NCBI RefSeq assembly: GCF_039969435.1
Contig: NZ_JBDVNU010000038.1
Span: 86,071-150,070 of the forward strand
Direction: 5' to 3'
DNA length: 64,000 nucleotides
Source of the DNA: Ilumatobacter sp.
GTDB lineage: Bacteria; Actinomycetota; Acidimicrobiia; Acidimicrobiales; Ilumatobacteraceae
Shown here: positions 36,101-44,125 of the stretch, in pieces
Position numbering within the stretch: the stretch's first letter is position 1
Layout: each line of letters opens with the position of its first letter
Notes under the pieces: generated by a model
What the model was told of the DNA's origin: nothing
What the model saw: the letters and a program-made list of their open reading frames with translations, nothing else
Databases searched by the model: none
Position numbers and translations under genes: made by a program

Positions 36101-38077
36101 ATCCTCTCCGCCGTGATGCCTGCACTCGAAGCCGAGCCGCTCCTGCGCTACACCGGCACCGTCCGCGGCCTCGCCCGGCTCTGGCTGTCGCAACTCTCCT
36201 CCCCTGCCCTCGATGGCTGGGTCGCGAAGGCGAAGGCCGCCGAGACCGCCGCCCAGCGACTCGGTGCCACTGGACCGGCACGCCGCCTGGCCGAGGAGGC
36301 AGCGCACGAGATCGAACAGTTCGTCGCAGCGTCGTCGGCGCCCGAGACGCACCGAGCCGTGTTCGGGCCGATCGAGATCGAGCGCGCAGCCGACTACCTG
36401 ATCGACGAACTCGCGGTCGGCCCGGAGGTCATCGCGTCTTCGGCGGCCACATCGCTCGTCGGGGAGATGCAGAAAGATCTCGGCAAGGACGGCGTGGCCG
36501 AGCTGCACGTGGCACTCGCTTCGGAGGCCGATGCGGTGGAGCGGTTCGTTCTTGCCCAGGACTGGGTCGCGGCTTTCGTGGCCGCCGATCCGTCACGAGC
36601 CGATCGGGAGTTCGACGTGGCCGAGGCTGCGTCGATGTTGGCCACGCCGGACCTCGCCGTGCGGACGGCGAACCAGGGCGGGGCGATCACGGTGACCGGG
36701 CTCGTGGCCGACCATCCGCGTCTCGTCGACGGGCAGCTCGTCACCCGGACCGACGAACTCGCCGAAGGAGCGGGCGCCCTGTTCGCCGAGATGCAGTCGC
36801 GGTGGCCGGCCTACTCCGAGGCGCGGCGCCGGGTGGTGGATCGCCAGAGCGCAGTCGTCAAGCTCGACGAACACCGACCCCAGGTCATGTCGGGCTTCGT
36901 GCGCAACACGCTGATCGACACCGCACTGCTCCCGCTGTTCGGCCCGAACCTCGGTCGACAGCTCGGCACGGTCGATCCGACCGACGTGGCACGTCAGGGC
37001 CTCCTCGTCGTCGTGTCGCCCCCCGGGTACGGCAAGACGACGCTGATGGAGTGGATCGCCGACCGGTTGGGCCTGCTGATCGTGAAGGTGAACGGCCCGG
37101 CGCTCGGCCACGACACGACCAGCCTCGACCCCGCCGATGCCCCGAATGCGGCCGCCCGCGCCGAGATCGAGAAGGTCAACCTGGCGTTCCGGATGGGTCG
37201 CAACGTGATGCTGTACGTCGACGACATCCAGCACACCTCCCCCGTCCTGCTGTCCCGGTTCATCCCGCTGGCCGATGCGACCCGGCGGATCGAGGGGGTC
37301 GTCGACGGCGAGCCGACCACGTTCGACCTGCGCGGCAAGCGGTTCTGCGTGGTCATGGCAGGCAACCCGTACACCACTGGCGGCGGGCGCTTCGAGATGC
37401 CCGACATGCTCGTCAACCGTTCCGACGTGTTCAACCTCGGCGACGTGTCGGGCGAACACGGCGAGGCATTCGCCCGCTCCTACATCGAGAACTCACTCAC
37501 CGCGTGTCCGACCATCGCGCCGCACGCGTCGAAGCTGCTCGACGACCTCGCTCCGGTGCTGCAGATGGCGGCGGGCCGCGCACCGGTCGAGACGAGTGGC
37601 CTGGAGCACGCCTGGGACGGCGCCGAACTCGATGGGACGGTTCGTGCCGTGTCCATGCTGCGTCGTGCCCAGGAGGTGCTGCTGAAGGTCAACGCGTCCT
37701 ACATCGCATCGGCGGCCACGGCCGACGAGGACCGGGTCGCGCCGCCGTTCCTCCTCCAGGGCTCGTACCGCAACATGGCCCGCATCGCGAGTCGGGTGGT
37801 GCCCGTGATGACCGAGGCCGAACTCGACATGGTCGTCGACGACCACTACACCTCCGAGGCCCAGACCCTCACCGACAAGGCAGAACAGAACCTGCTCGCC
37901 TACAAGTCGCTCACCGGCCGCTCGACCGCCGCCGAGGCCGCTCGCTGGCAGGAGATCCTCGATCGCGCCGGCGCCCGAGCCGCAGCCGCCGACGGCGTGG
38001 GACGCGTGGTCGGCGCACTCGACCGCCTCACCGGCGCCGTGCTGCACGACCCCGACCACCCCGCCCCCGGCGTCTGA
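33107..38077 (+). CDS. 1656-aa multidomain protein with a single C-terminal AAA+ ATPase module (MoxR/dynein-like clade); N-terminal about 1250 aa of unassigned function
   Basis: ATG at 33107 (MTDTSTTE...; the in-frame ATG at 33074 lies inside repeat arm B). Walker A VVSPPGYGKTTL, Walker B MLYVDDIQH, sensor-1-like CVVMAGNPYTTGGGRFEMPDMLVNRSDVF; long helical/coiled stretches in the middle; no TM segment seen; continuous GC3 bias over about 5 kb. Confidence 0.7.
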   Translation: MTDTSTTETPQGDAAPEQTLRGGSYDLLRRRLAGQASELEQIALGIDAARIEAFGSVDLALTGADRLATDLACLPRDIARIGDLLLLGFNIDVELSIQRPEQVFALYAASEVSTDQPTLTPVADDDPRNFLADPEFRSEFDKLVRFFGKSRFTDLRTTQNQLLAVFQVGDRVDDVRAFRWTLSGDGASRTATFVDARGDRDYTWPPAHDQEWTAATREDQRAGAYPVVSIKDEVFVGFRRGRLQLRVETGQGGSHAEIDEPVTNVGQSLADISVDHLTIGDILLIRVRLYEEAPRTYVFSRRSRSGQRVDAAGVASRLLPGGEGVVFPGGFHLTSTGTRVFDVDVDGLQFEETIASPNGEDVLYVFHRRETGTYLLMPYNLVKRQVAQVITAHGFATFADGSMVLFRDQGVDADSAKIHPIQWWRTPFADADHVPDAGDDNPWMQRVGNASLVAGLGDVYDVVRLSRDEQPTARSWEGLASATRRSMDQHLWFVDPEAAGLHAAAHEVLTTAGQLLDEHKLVERKRSAARGSLAAAETSVRQVLNGISTASTPDQVVGALGQLRRARGEMSVVADIDSIDTGRVEELIGELDAGVAELSTRAVDVLSRPGAFASLESEIASAEAGVTDATTSAHLDEIGRRLQSIGNDLDAVIDTVSALEGGDPTVRTTIVRSVSEVAGSANRVTAQLDSKRRNLGAKEAEAAFDAELALVEQTLNGSVAGAGTPDECDSVLARLLVTIERLESRYGDDPDASASIAEVRATAHEVVGERRTALLDERNRRATRIVDAATRLLATVTRRASEFADDKEIASFFATDQLTSRVRELADELESLDDAGRAAEVRSGLRDAAEEARRRIRDKAALVSDDGAVVLGGVRLAQNNQPFEMVLSSRTDPQGNDTVAATITGTDFSADVSAELSGFEDLLGRTFPSETSGARGVSRSEYLAWAVLETMTDRPGGLTELLAATANPAKMNELCQAEAERRHGDGYQRGVHDQDAARILSAVMPALEAEPLLRYTGTVRGLARLWLSQLSSPALDGWVAKAKAAETAAQRLGATGPARRLAEEAAHEIEQFVAASSAPETHRAVFGPIEIERAADYLIDELAVGPEVIASSAATSLVGEMQKDLGKDGVAELHVALASEADAVERFVLAQDWVAAFVAADPSRADREFDVAEAASMLATPDLAVRTANQGGAITVTGLVADHPRLVDGQLVTRTDELAEGAGALFAEMQSRWPAYSEARRRVVDRQSAVVKLDEHRPQVMSGFVRNTLIDTALLPLFGPNLGRQLGTVDPTDVARQGLLVVVSPPGYGKTTLMEWIADRLGLLIVKVNGPALGHDTTSLDPADAPNAAARAEIEKVNLAFRMGRNVMLYVDDIQHTSPVLLSRFIPLADATRRIEGVVDGEPTTFDLRGKRFCVVMAGNPYTTGGGRFEMPDMLVNRSDVFNLGDVSGEHGEAFARSYIENSLTACPTIAPHASKLLDDLAPVLQMAAGRAPVETSGLEHAWDGAELDGTVRAVSMLRRAQEVLLKVNASYIASAATADEDRVAPPFLLQGSYRNMARIASRVVPVMTEAELDMVVDDHYTSEAQTLTDKAEQNLLAYKSLTGRSTAAEAARWQEILDRAGARAAAADGVGRVVGALDRLTGAVLHDPDHPAPGV

Positions 38078-38098
38078 CCGCTCGGTCCGTCACGCCAC

Positions 38099-38118
38099 CC
38101 GCAACGTGTGCGTTGCGG
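38099..38118 (+). terminator. Stem-loop (8-bp stem, 4-nt loop) 21 bp after the large gene stop
   Basis: ccgcaacg tgtg cgttgcgg; no U-tract (common in high-GC actinobacteria). Confidence 0.35.
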
Positions 38119-38255
38119 CTCGCTCGGCGGGTTCAGCTGCACGAATTCCACCCCTGGGTCGCCGACATCTTCGCCTGACGTGTCCCTCGTCGCCTCGGTC
38201 GTTCGTCGTGTAGTTGAATCGGGAGACACCCGATCACGACAGACAGGATCCGATC

Positions 38256-38609
38256 ATGAAGTACGCATTCCTCCTCTACGACGACCCGACCAACGGTGCC
38301 GAGATGGGCACCCCCGAGATGGATCTCGAGATGCAGCAGTGGTTCACGTTCACCGATGAACTCACGGCGTCCGGCAAGAACCTGGGTGGCGAGGCGTTGA
38401 ATCCGGTGGAGACCGCCACGACCGTCAGGGTCCGAGACGGCAGGACCGTCACCGTCGACGGCCCCTTCGCCGAGACGAAGGAGACGCTCGGCGGGTTCTA
38501 CATCGTTGAGGCCGCCGACCTCGACGAAGCGATCGAGTGGGCGGCGAAGGTTCCGAACGCTCCGACCGGTTCGGTCGAGATCCGACCGATCATGGAATTC
38601 GACGGCTGA
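38256..38609 (+). CDS. YciI-like (DGPF-domain) protein
   Basis: 117 aa; MKYAFLLYDD... and the GGFYIVEAADLDEAIEWAAKVP motif of YCII-related proteins; typically paired with ECF sigma factors. Confidence 0.75.
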   Translation: MKYAFLLYDDPTNGAEMGTPEMDLEMQQWFTFTDELTASGKNLGGEALNPVETATTVRVRDGRTVTVDGPFAETKETLGGFYIVEAADLDEAIEWAAKVPNAPTGSVEIRPIMEFDG

Positions 38610-38618
38610 CGAGTCACC

Positions 38619-39854
38619 ATGCGCGCCCGGATCTCCCCGGTCGACCACGCCTTTCGGACCGAATGGGCGCCTCTGGTCGCGACGCTGCTGAGGGAGACCC
38701 GGAGTCTGCAACTCGCCGAGGACGTGGTGTCCGAGGCGTTCGTGGAGGCGTCGGTCCGCTGGCGGACCGACGGCCCTCCACGGAGTCCCGGTGCGTGGTT
38801 GCTCACGACGGCACGTCGCAAGGCGATCGACCGGATCCGGCGGCAGCGGCGTTTCGACGAGCGACTTCCCGGTCTGGCCGCCGAACTCGACGACCCGCCG
38901 AGCCACGGCGACGAGCGGCTGGGCGATGACCAACTCGCGCTGATCGCAGGGTGCGCCCACCCGGCACTCGACGCCGAAGCGCAGGTCGCGCTCACGTTGC
39001 GGTACGTGTGCGGGCTCACGACCGAGCAGATCGCCCACTCGTTCATGGTTCCGAGCGAGACCATGAAGAAGCGACTGACACGTGCCAAGGCGAAGATCTC
39101 CGCGGCCGGTGTCCCGTTCGACATCCCGGACCGGCACCGTCTCCCCGAGCGCCTCACCGCGGTGTGTGGTGTGATCTACGCCGTGTTCAACGAGGGCTAT
39201 GCGAGTTCGGTCGGGTCCGATCTCGTACGCGGTTCGTTGTGCGACGAGGCGGTGTGGTTGTCGGAACTGCTCTGCGGACTGGCACCCGACGACGGTGAGG
39301 TACACGGCCTCGCAGGTCTGATCCTGTTGACCGATTCACGCCGATCGGCACGCACCGACGCGGACGGACTGCCGGTGCTCCTCGAGGATCAGGATCGTTC
39401 GACGTGGGACTCCGCCAAGGTGGCGCGAGGTCTCGCGCACCTCGCTCGGAGTGCGTCGCTCGAAGGCGTCGGGCCGTACCGACTGATGGGGTCGATCGCC
39501 GGCCTGCACGCCCGGTCTCCGTCGGTCGAGGAGACCCCGTGGGCTCGCATCGCCGGTCTGTACGGTGCGCTGATCGCCCTGCACGACTCACCGGTCCTGC
39601 GGCTGAACCAGGCAGCCGCACTCGCCTGGAGCGAGGGCAGCGCCACCGGTCTGGCGCTGATGGACCAACTCGTCGGGGAACTCGACGACTACTCGTACCT
39701 CCACTCGTCGCGAGCCGCGCTGCTGGTCAAGCTGGGTCGGGTCGACGAGGCACACGCCGCCTACGACCGGGCGATCTCCCTCACGAGCAACGAGGCCGAG
39801 CGTCGCTGGATGATGCTCCGTCGAAGCGAACACCCGACTCCTCGGACCTCGTAG
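38619..39854 (+). CDS. ECF-type RNA polymerase sigma factor with long C-terminal (TPR-like) extension
   Basis: Sigma-2 region (ARRKAIDRIRRQRR), sigma-4 HTH (LTLRYVCGLTTEQIAHSFMVPSETMKKRLTRAKAKI), plus about 230-aa C-terminal helical extension as in the YciI-associated ECF group. Confidence 0.8.
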   Translation: MRARISPVDHAFRTEWAPLVATLLRETRSLQLAEDVVSEAFVEASVRWRTDGPPRSPGAWLLTTARRKAIDRIRRQRRFDERLPGLAAELDDPPSHGDERLGDDQLALIAGCAHPALDAEAQVALTLRYVCGLTTEQIAHSFMVPSETMKKRLTRAKAKISAAGVPFDIPDRHRLPERLTAVCGVIYAVFNEGYASSVGSDLVRGSLCDEAVWLSELLCGLAPDDGEVHGLAGLILLTDSRRSARTDADGLPVLLEDQDRSTWDSAKVARGLAHLARSASLEGVGPYRLMGSIAGLHARSPSVEETPWARIAGLYGALIALHDSPVLRLNQAAALAWSEGSATGLALMDQLVGELDDYSYLHSSRAALLVKLGRVDEAHAAYDRAISLTSNEAERRWMMLRRSEHPTPRTS

Positions 39855-39866
39855 TGTCGCGGGCGC

Positions 39867-40856
39867 ATGAAGCGCTCGGTGACTCTCGGTTCGGTGCTCG
39901 TCGCCGTCTGCGTGTGGAGCGTCGCCAGTGCGACGTTCCCGGACACCATCGACGGATCGGCGCGTGCCACCGAACGCGCCGTTCGTCGCGCTCCGCCGAC
40001 GACCGGTCCGACCGTCGGCGGATGCCCGGTGTTTCCCGCCGACAACCCGTGGAACCAGGACATCTCGGGGTTCCCCGTGCACGCGCGCAGCAACCGGATC
40101 ATCGCGAAGATCCAGGCGACGGGCAGCGACGATCTCCATCCCGACTTCGGCGAGAACCCGAACTACGGCATCCCGTACGTGGTGGTCGGTGGCGATCAGG
40201 AGCGCGTGCCGATCGTCTACGACGCGTACGGCGACGAGAGCGATCCCGGACCGTTCCCGATTCCTCTCGGAGCACGTGTCGAGGGCGAACCCGGTGCGAC
40301 CACCGGAGATCGTCACGTGATCGCACTGCAGACCGGTACCTGTGAGCTCTTCGAGTTGTACGTCGCACGCCGTGCCGGAGCGGGCTGGACTGCCGAGTCC
40401 GGTGCGCGGTTCGATCTCCGGTCGAACGCACTCCGCCCGATGGGTTGGACCAGCGCCGACGCCGCCGGACTCGCGATCTTCCCCGGCCTCGTCCGTTACG
40501 ACGAGGTCGCCGACGGCGAGATCAGGCACGCGATCCGGGTGACGATGAGTCGGACGCAGCGCGGATACATCCTCCCGGCAACCCACTTCGCATCCAGTTC
40601 GACCGACCCCGACCTCCCGCCGATGGGGCTCCGCCTCCGACTCCGTGCCGACGCCGACCTGAGCGGTCTCACCGGGCAGGCGCTCGTGATCGCCACGGCG
40701 ATGCAGCGCTACGGCCTGATCGTCGCCGACAACGGATCCAACTGGTTCTTCCAGGGATCCCACGATCCGCGGTGGGACGACGGCGACCTCGACCAGTTGA
40801 AGGACATCCCCGGCACGGCCTTCGAAGTGGTCGACACCGGACCGGTCATCGGGTGA
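39867..40856 (+). CDS. Secreted hypothetical protein
   Basis: Signal peptide MKRSVTLGSVLVAVCVWSVASA; 329 aa; Cys pairs; no family recognised by eye. Confidence 0.55.
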   Translation: MKRSVTLGSVLVAVCVWSVASATFPDTIDGSARATERAVRRAPPTTGPTVGGCPVFPADNPWNQDISGFPVHARSNRIIAKIQATGSDDLHPDFGENPNYGIPYVVVGGDQERVPIVYDAYGDESDPGPFPIPLGARVEGEPGATTGDRHVIALQTGTCELFELYVARRAGAGWTAESGARFDLRSNALRPMGWTSADAAGLAIFPGLVRYDEVADGEIRHAIRVTMSRTQRGYILPATHFASSSTDPDLPPMGLRLRLRADADLSGLTGQALVIATAMQRYGLIVADNGSNWFFQGSHDPRWDDGDLDQLKDIPGTAFEVVDTGPVIG

Positions 40857-40873
40857 CACCTCGAACGGGCAGG

Positions 40874-41368
40874 TCAACCAGCCAGTTCGTCGGCGAGGAG
40901 TTCGAGTGCGGTGGTGGCGAAGGCCACCATGTTCGCGAGGCGATCGTCGTCGCCCGTGAGCACGTGTCGGGCGGTCTCGGTCGGGCCGCTCACGGCGACC
41001 CACGCGTGACCGGGCGGGTCGCCGTAGGGATTGCCGGAGGGGCCGGTGGCACCGCCCTCGCCGACTCCCCACGTGGCACGGAGATGGATCCGCGTGGCGC
41101 GTGCCAGGTGGATCGCCCACGGTTCGGATGCCCCTCGGAGCCGATGTGGTCGTTCGACGGGACCGGTGAGCATCCCGTCGAGCGCGTTGCGGGTGTAGAT
41201 CACGCTGCCACCGAGGTAGAAGGCCGACGCGCCGGGCACGGCGAGCAGTGCAGCGGAGGTGAGGCCGCCGGCGCTTCCCTCGGCGACCGCCACCGTCTCG
41301 CCGCGTCGCCGGAGCAGTTCGCCGCACTTCGCTCCGGCGTCGAGCAGCGCCGAGGGAAGCAGGCTCAT
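40874..41368 (-). CDS. CinA-family protein (CinA C-terminal / PncC-like domain)
   Basis: 164 aa; VAVAESCTGGL-like motif ([23 protein letters not shown]) and overall CinA C-terminal domain pattern. Confidence 0.7.
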   Translation of the reverse strand: MSLLPSALLDAGAKCGELLRRRGETVAVAEGSAGGLTSAALLAVPGASAFYLGGSVIYTRNALDGMLTGPVERPHRLRGASEPWAIHLARATRIHLRATWGVGEGGATGPSGNPYGDPPGHAWVAVSGPTETARHVLTGDDDRLANMVAFATTALELLADELAG

Positions 41369-41511
41369 CGAGTGGTTCCGTCGTCGCGTGGCATCTGCGG
41401 AAGGTAACGCAACACACGGGATTGGTCGCCGGTCGGACGGGGTCGGTAGCGTCGTGGCACACCCGTCGCCGAACGATCCGAGTTCGTGACGAAGATTCCA
41501 GGAGTTCCGAG

Positions 41512-42684
41512 ATGCCCGAAGCAGTGTTCGTTTCCTATGCCCGTACCGGGTTGGCCAAGGCCGGTCGCGGCGGGTTCAACATGACCCCGGCGATGTCGAT
41601 GGCTGCGCACGCCATCAAGCACGCCGTCGCCAAGTCGGGCGTCGAACCCGAAGCCGTCGAGGACGTCAACCTCGGCAACGGTGCCCACGGCGCCGGCAAC
41701 CTCGGACGCCTCGCTGCGCTGCTCGCCGGGCTCCCCACCACGGTGAGCGGCAACACCATCCAGCGTCACTGCTCCTCGGGCCTGAACTCGATCGCCATCG
41801 CTGCGAACCACATCAAGATGGGCGAGGCCGACGTGTCGGTCGCTGCGGGCGTGGAATCGATCACGATGCCCGGAGGTGGCCTCGACAGCCTCGGTGGCGT
41901 CGATCCCGCTCTCACCGAGCAGTACCCGGCGATCTTCATGGCGATGATCGAGACCGCCGACATCGTGGCGGAGCGCTACGGCGTGTCGCGCGAGTCCCAG
42001 GACGAGTACTCCTTCGAGTCGCAGATGCGCATGGCCAAGGCGCAGGAGAACGAACTGTTCGTCGACGAGATCGTTCCGATGGAGACGAAGATGAAGCTCG
42101 TCGACCGCGAGACCAAGGAGGAGACCATCGTCGACTACGTGGTCGACAAGGACGAGTGCAACCGTCCGACCACCACCCTCGAAGGGCTGTCCCAGCTCGG
42201 CCCGGTCCGCGGCGAGGGCAACTACATCACCGCCGGCAACGCCTCTCAGCTCTCCGACGGCGCCGCAGCCGTGGTGATGATGTCCGACGCCGAGGCCTCC
42301 AGGCGCGACATCGAGCCGCTCGGCGCCTTCAAGGGCTGGGCAGTGGCCGGTTGCGAGCCCGACGAGATGGGCATCGGCCCGATCTACGCCGTGCCCAAGC
42401 TGCTCGAGCGCCACGGCCTCACCGTCGACGACATCGACATCTGGGAACTCAACGAAGCGTTCGCGTCGCAGTGCCTGTACAGCCGTGACACGCTCGGCAT
42501 CGACCCCGAGAAGTACAACGTCAACGGTGGCTCGATCGCCATCGGCCACCCCTTCGGCATGACCGGCACGCGTTGCGCCGGCCACATCCTGCAGGAAGGA
42601 AAGCGTCGGGGCGCCAAGTACGGCGTCGTCACGATGTGCGTGGGTGGCGGCATGGGCGCCGCCGGACTCATCGAGATCTACTGA
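41512..42684 (+). CDS. Acetyl-CoA acetyltransferase (thiolase)
   Basis: ATG 41512 preceded by aggag; active-site Cys region ([13 protein letters not shown]), C-terminal [14 protein letters not shown] and CVGGGMGAA signatures. Confidence 0.9.
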   Translation: MPEAVFVSYARTGLAKAGRGGFNMTPAMSMAAHAIKHAVAKSGVEPEAVEDVNLGNGAHGAGNLGRLAALLAGLPTTVSGNTIQRHCSSGLNSIAIAANHIKMGEADVSVAAGVESITMPGGGLDSLGGVDPALTEQYPAIFMAMIETADIVAERYGVSRESQDEYSFESQMRMAKAQENELFVDEIVPMETKMKLVDRETKEETIVDYVVDKDECNRPTTTLEGLSQLGPVRGEGNYITAGNASQLSDGAAAVVMMSDAEASRRDIEPLGAFKGWAVAGCEPDEMGIGPIYAVPKLLERHGLTVDDIDIWELNEAFASQCLYSRDTLGIDPEKYNVNGGSIAIGHPFGMTGTRCAGHILQEGKRRGAKYGVVTMCVGGGMGAAGLIEIY

Positions 42685-42697
42685 TCCGATCCGCAGG

Positions 42698-42726
42698 AGG
42701 GCCGGTTCGCTTCGGCGGGCCGGCCC
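42698..42726 (+). terminator. GC-rich hairpin (7-bp stem gggccgg/ccggccc) followed by tttcc, 14 bp after the thiolase stop
   Basis: gggccggttcgcttcggcgggccggccctttcc. Confidence 0.45.
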
Positions 42727-42807
42727 TTTCCGCGTCCGTTCGCTCGTACACCATCGCTGAGCAGGGGTTTCGCGACTCCAGAAACTCTGGAGTACCCCTT
42801 CGCTTCA

Positions 42808-43062
42808 ATGGAGTGCATGACCTCCACCGCCACCCGCAACGAGCGCACCGCACCCCAGCAGCTCACGCTGCTCTCGGATTCCCCGACCGATCGGGAACTC
42901 GCCGAGTCGAAGGCTCCGACGCAGTTCCGTCTGTCCAGGACCACCCGGCAACGCGGCCTCGCCCACGTCGCCCAGATCCGTCGTCAACTCGCCGACGCCC
43001 AGGCCCGCCAGGCCGCGGCGCAGGCACGACCGCTTCCGCACCGCCACTCCCACGCAGCCTGA
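42808..43062 (+). CDS. Small Arg/Gln-rich hypothetical protein in a 400-bp gap
   Basis: 84 codons with about 85% GC at third positions; convergent with the LLM oxidoreductase. Start could be the second ATG (42817). Confidence 0.45.
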   Translation: MECMTSTATRNERTAPQQLTLLSDSPTDRELAESKAPTQFRLSRTTRQRGLAHVAQIRRQLADAQARQAAAQARPLPHRHSHAA

Positions 43063-43084
43063 CGGCCTCCGGCTGCGGGTGGAC

Positions 43085-44068
43085 TCAGCCCGCCGAGGGA
43101 GCCAGGTCGCGTACTGCCTGCCAGTGGTTCAGTTCGGGGTCGAGCGGGAGGATCGCGAGCGAACTCGTGGTCACACCGTTGTCGAAGTAGGCCTGGATCT
43201 TCCGGCGGCACTCGGCCGGCGAGCCGTGGATGATCAGGTCGTCGACGACCTCGTCGGGGATCTCACCGAGCGCCGCCTTGCGGTCCCCCGCCTTCCATGC
43301 GTCCCACATGCCACCGAGCGCATCCCCTCGCCCCATCCATTCGTGGAAGGCCGCGTAGACCGGGACGTTGAGGTAGGCAGCGATCGCGAAGCGTGCGGCG
43401 GCGCGCACCACGTCGCTGTTCTCACTCGGGCAGCAGAAGATACGACACACGATCTCCTTGTCCGAGCCGTCGCCGGCCTCGTGCACGATCGGGGCTACCG
43501 TCGCGACGTCGTCCGCCGACAACCAGTTGACGATCGCCCCGTCGGCCTCGCGGCCGGCGAGGCGCAACATCCCCTCGCGCAGCGCAGCGACGAGGATCTG
43601 CGGCTTCTGCTCCGGGACGATGCCGAGACGGAACCCGTCGACCGCGAACGTGTCGTACTCGTGCTTGACCTTCTCGCCGCCGAGGGCGTCGTTGAGGAAC
43701 CGGACGACGTCTCGGACCTTCTTGTACGGCTCCTCGAACGGGATGCCGTTCCACCGCTCCACGATCACGTTGCTCGACGAGCCGACACCGATCGCGAATC
43801 GGCCGGGTGCGGCGTCGGCGAGGGACGCCACGCTCTGAGCGAACAGCGCAGGCGAACGCGTGTAGGCGGGAACGATCGCCGTCCCCAGACGGAGTCGCGG
43901 TTCCCACGCCGCCGCCATCGACAGCGGGGTGAAGGCGTCGGCGCCGTCCGCCTCGGCCGACCAGATGTCGGTGTAGCCGAGGTCGGCCAGTTCGTGCAGC
44001 TTGGCCTCGTGCGAGTGCAGCGGCCCCGGGAGCGGGACGGTCATGCCAGGACGGTGGGGAAGTGCCAT
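43085..44068 (-). CDS. LLM-class (luciferase-like) F420-dependent oxidoreductase
   Basis: 327 aa; TIM-barrel LLM pattern (LGYTDIWSAEADGADAF..., GVGSSSNVIVERWNGIPF...). The true start may be the internal MTVPLPG. Confidence 0.75.
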   Translation of the reverse strand: MALPHRPGMTVPLPGPLHSHEAKLHELADLGYTDIWSAEADGADAFTPLSMAAAWEPRLRLGTAIVPAYTRSPALFAQSVASLADAAPGRFAIGVGSSSNVIVERWNGIPFEEPYKKVRDVVRFLNDALGGEKVKHEYDTFAVDGFRLGIVPEQKPQILVAALREGMLRLAGREADGAIVNWLSADDVATVAPIVHEAGDGSDKEIVCRIFCCPSENSDVVRAAARFAIAAYLNVPVYAAFHEWMGRGDALGGMWDAWKAGDRKAALGEIPDEVVDDLIIHGSPAECRRKIQAYFDNGVTTSSLAILPLDPELNHWQAVRDLAPSAG

Positions 44069-44125
44069 CTCCCGACCCTACGCATCGGACCGATCCCGGC
44101 CCGATTCGCTCCGAGACGTGACCGA

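Noticed and set aside
38119-38255. ECF-sigma-type autoregulated promoter upstream of the YciI-like gene
   Set aside because: I could not identify a convincing GGAAC...CGTT-type -35/-10 pair by eye, so no promoter is annotated.
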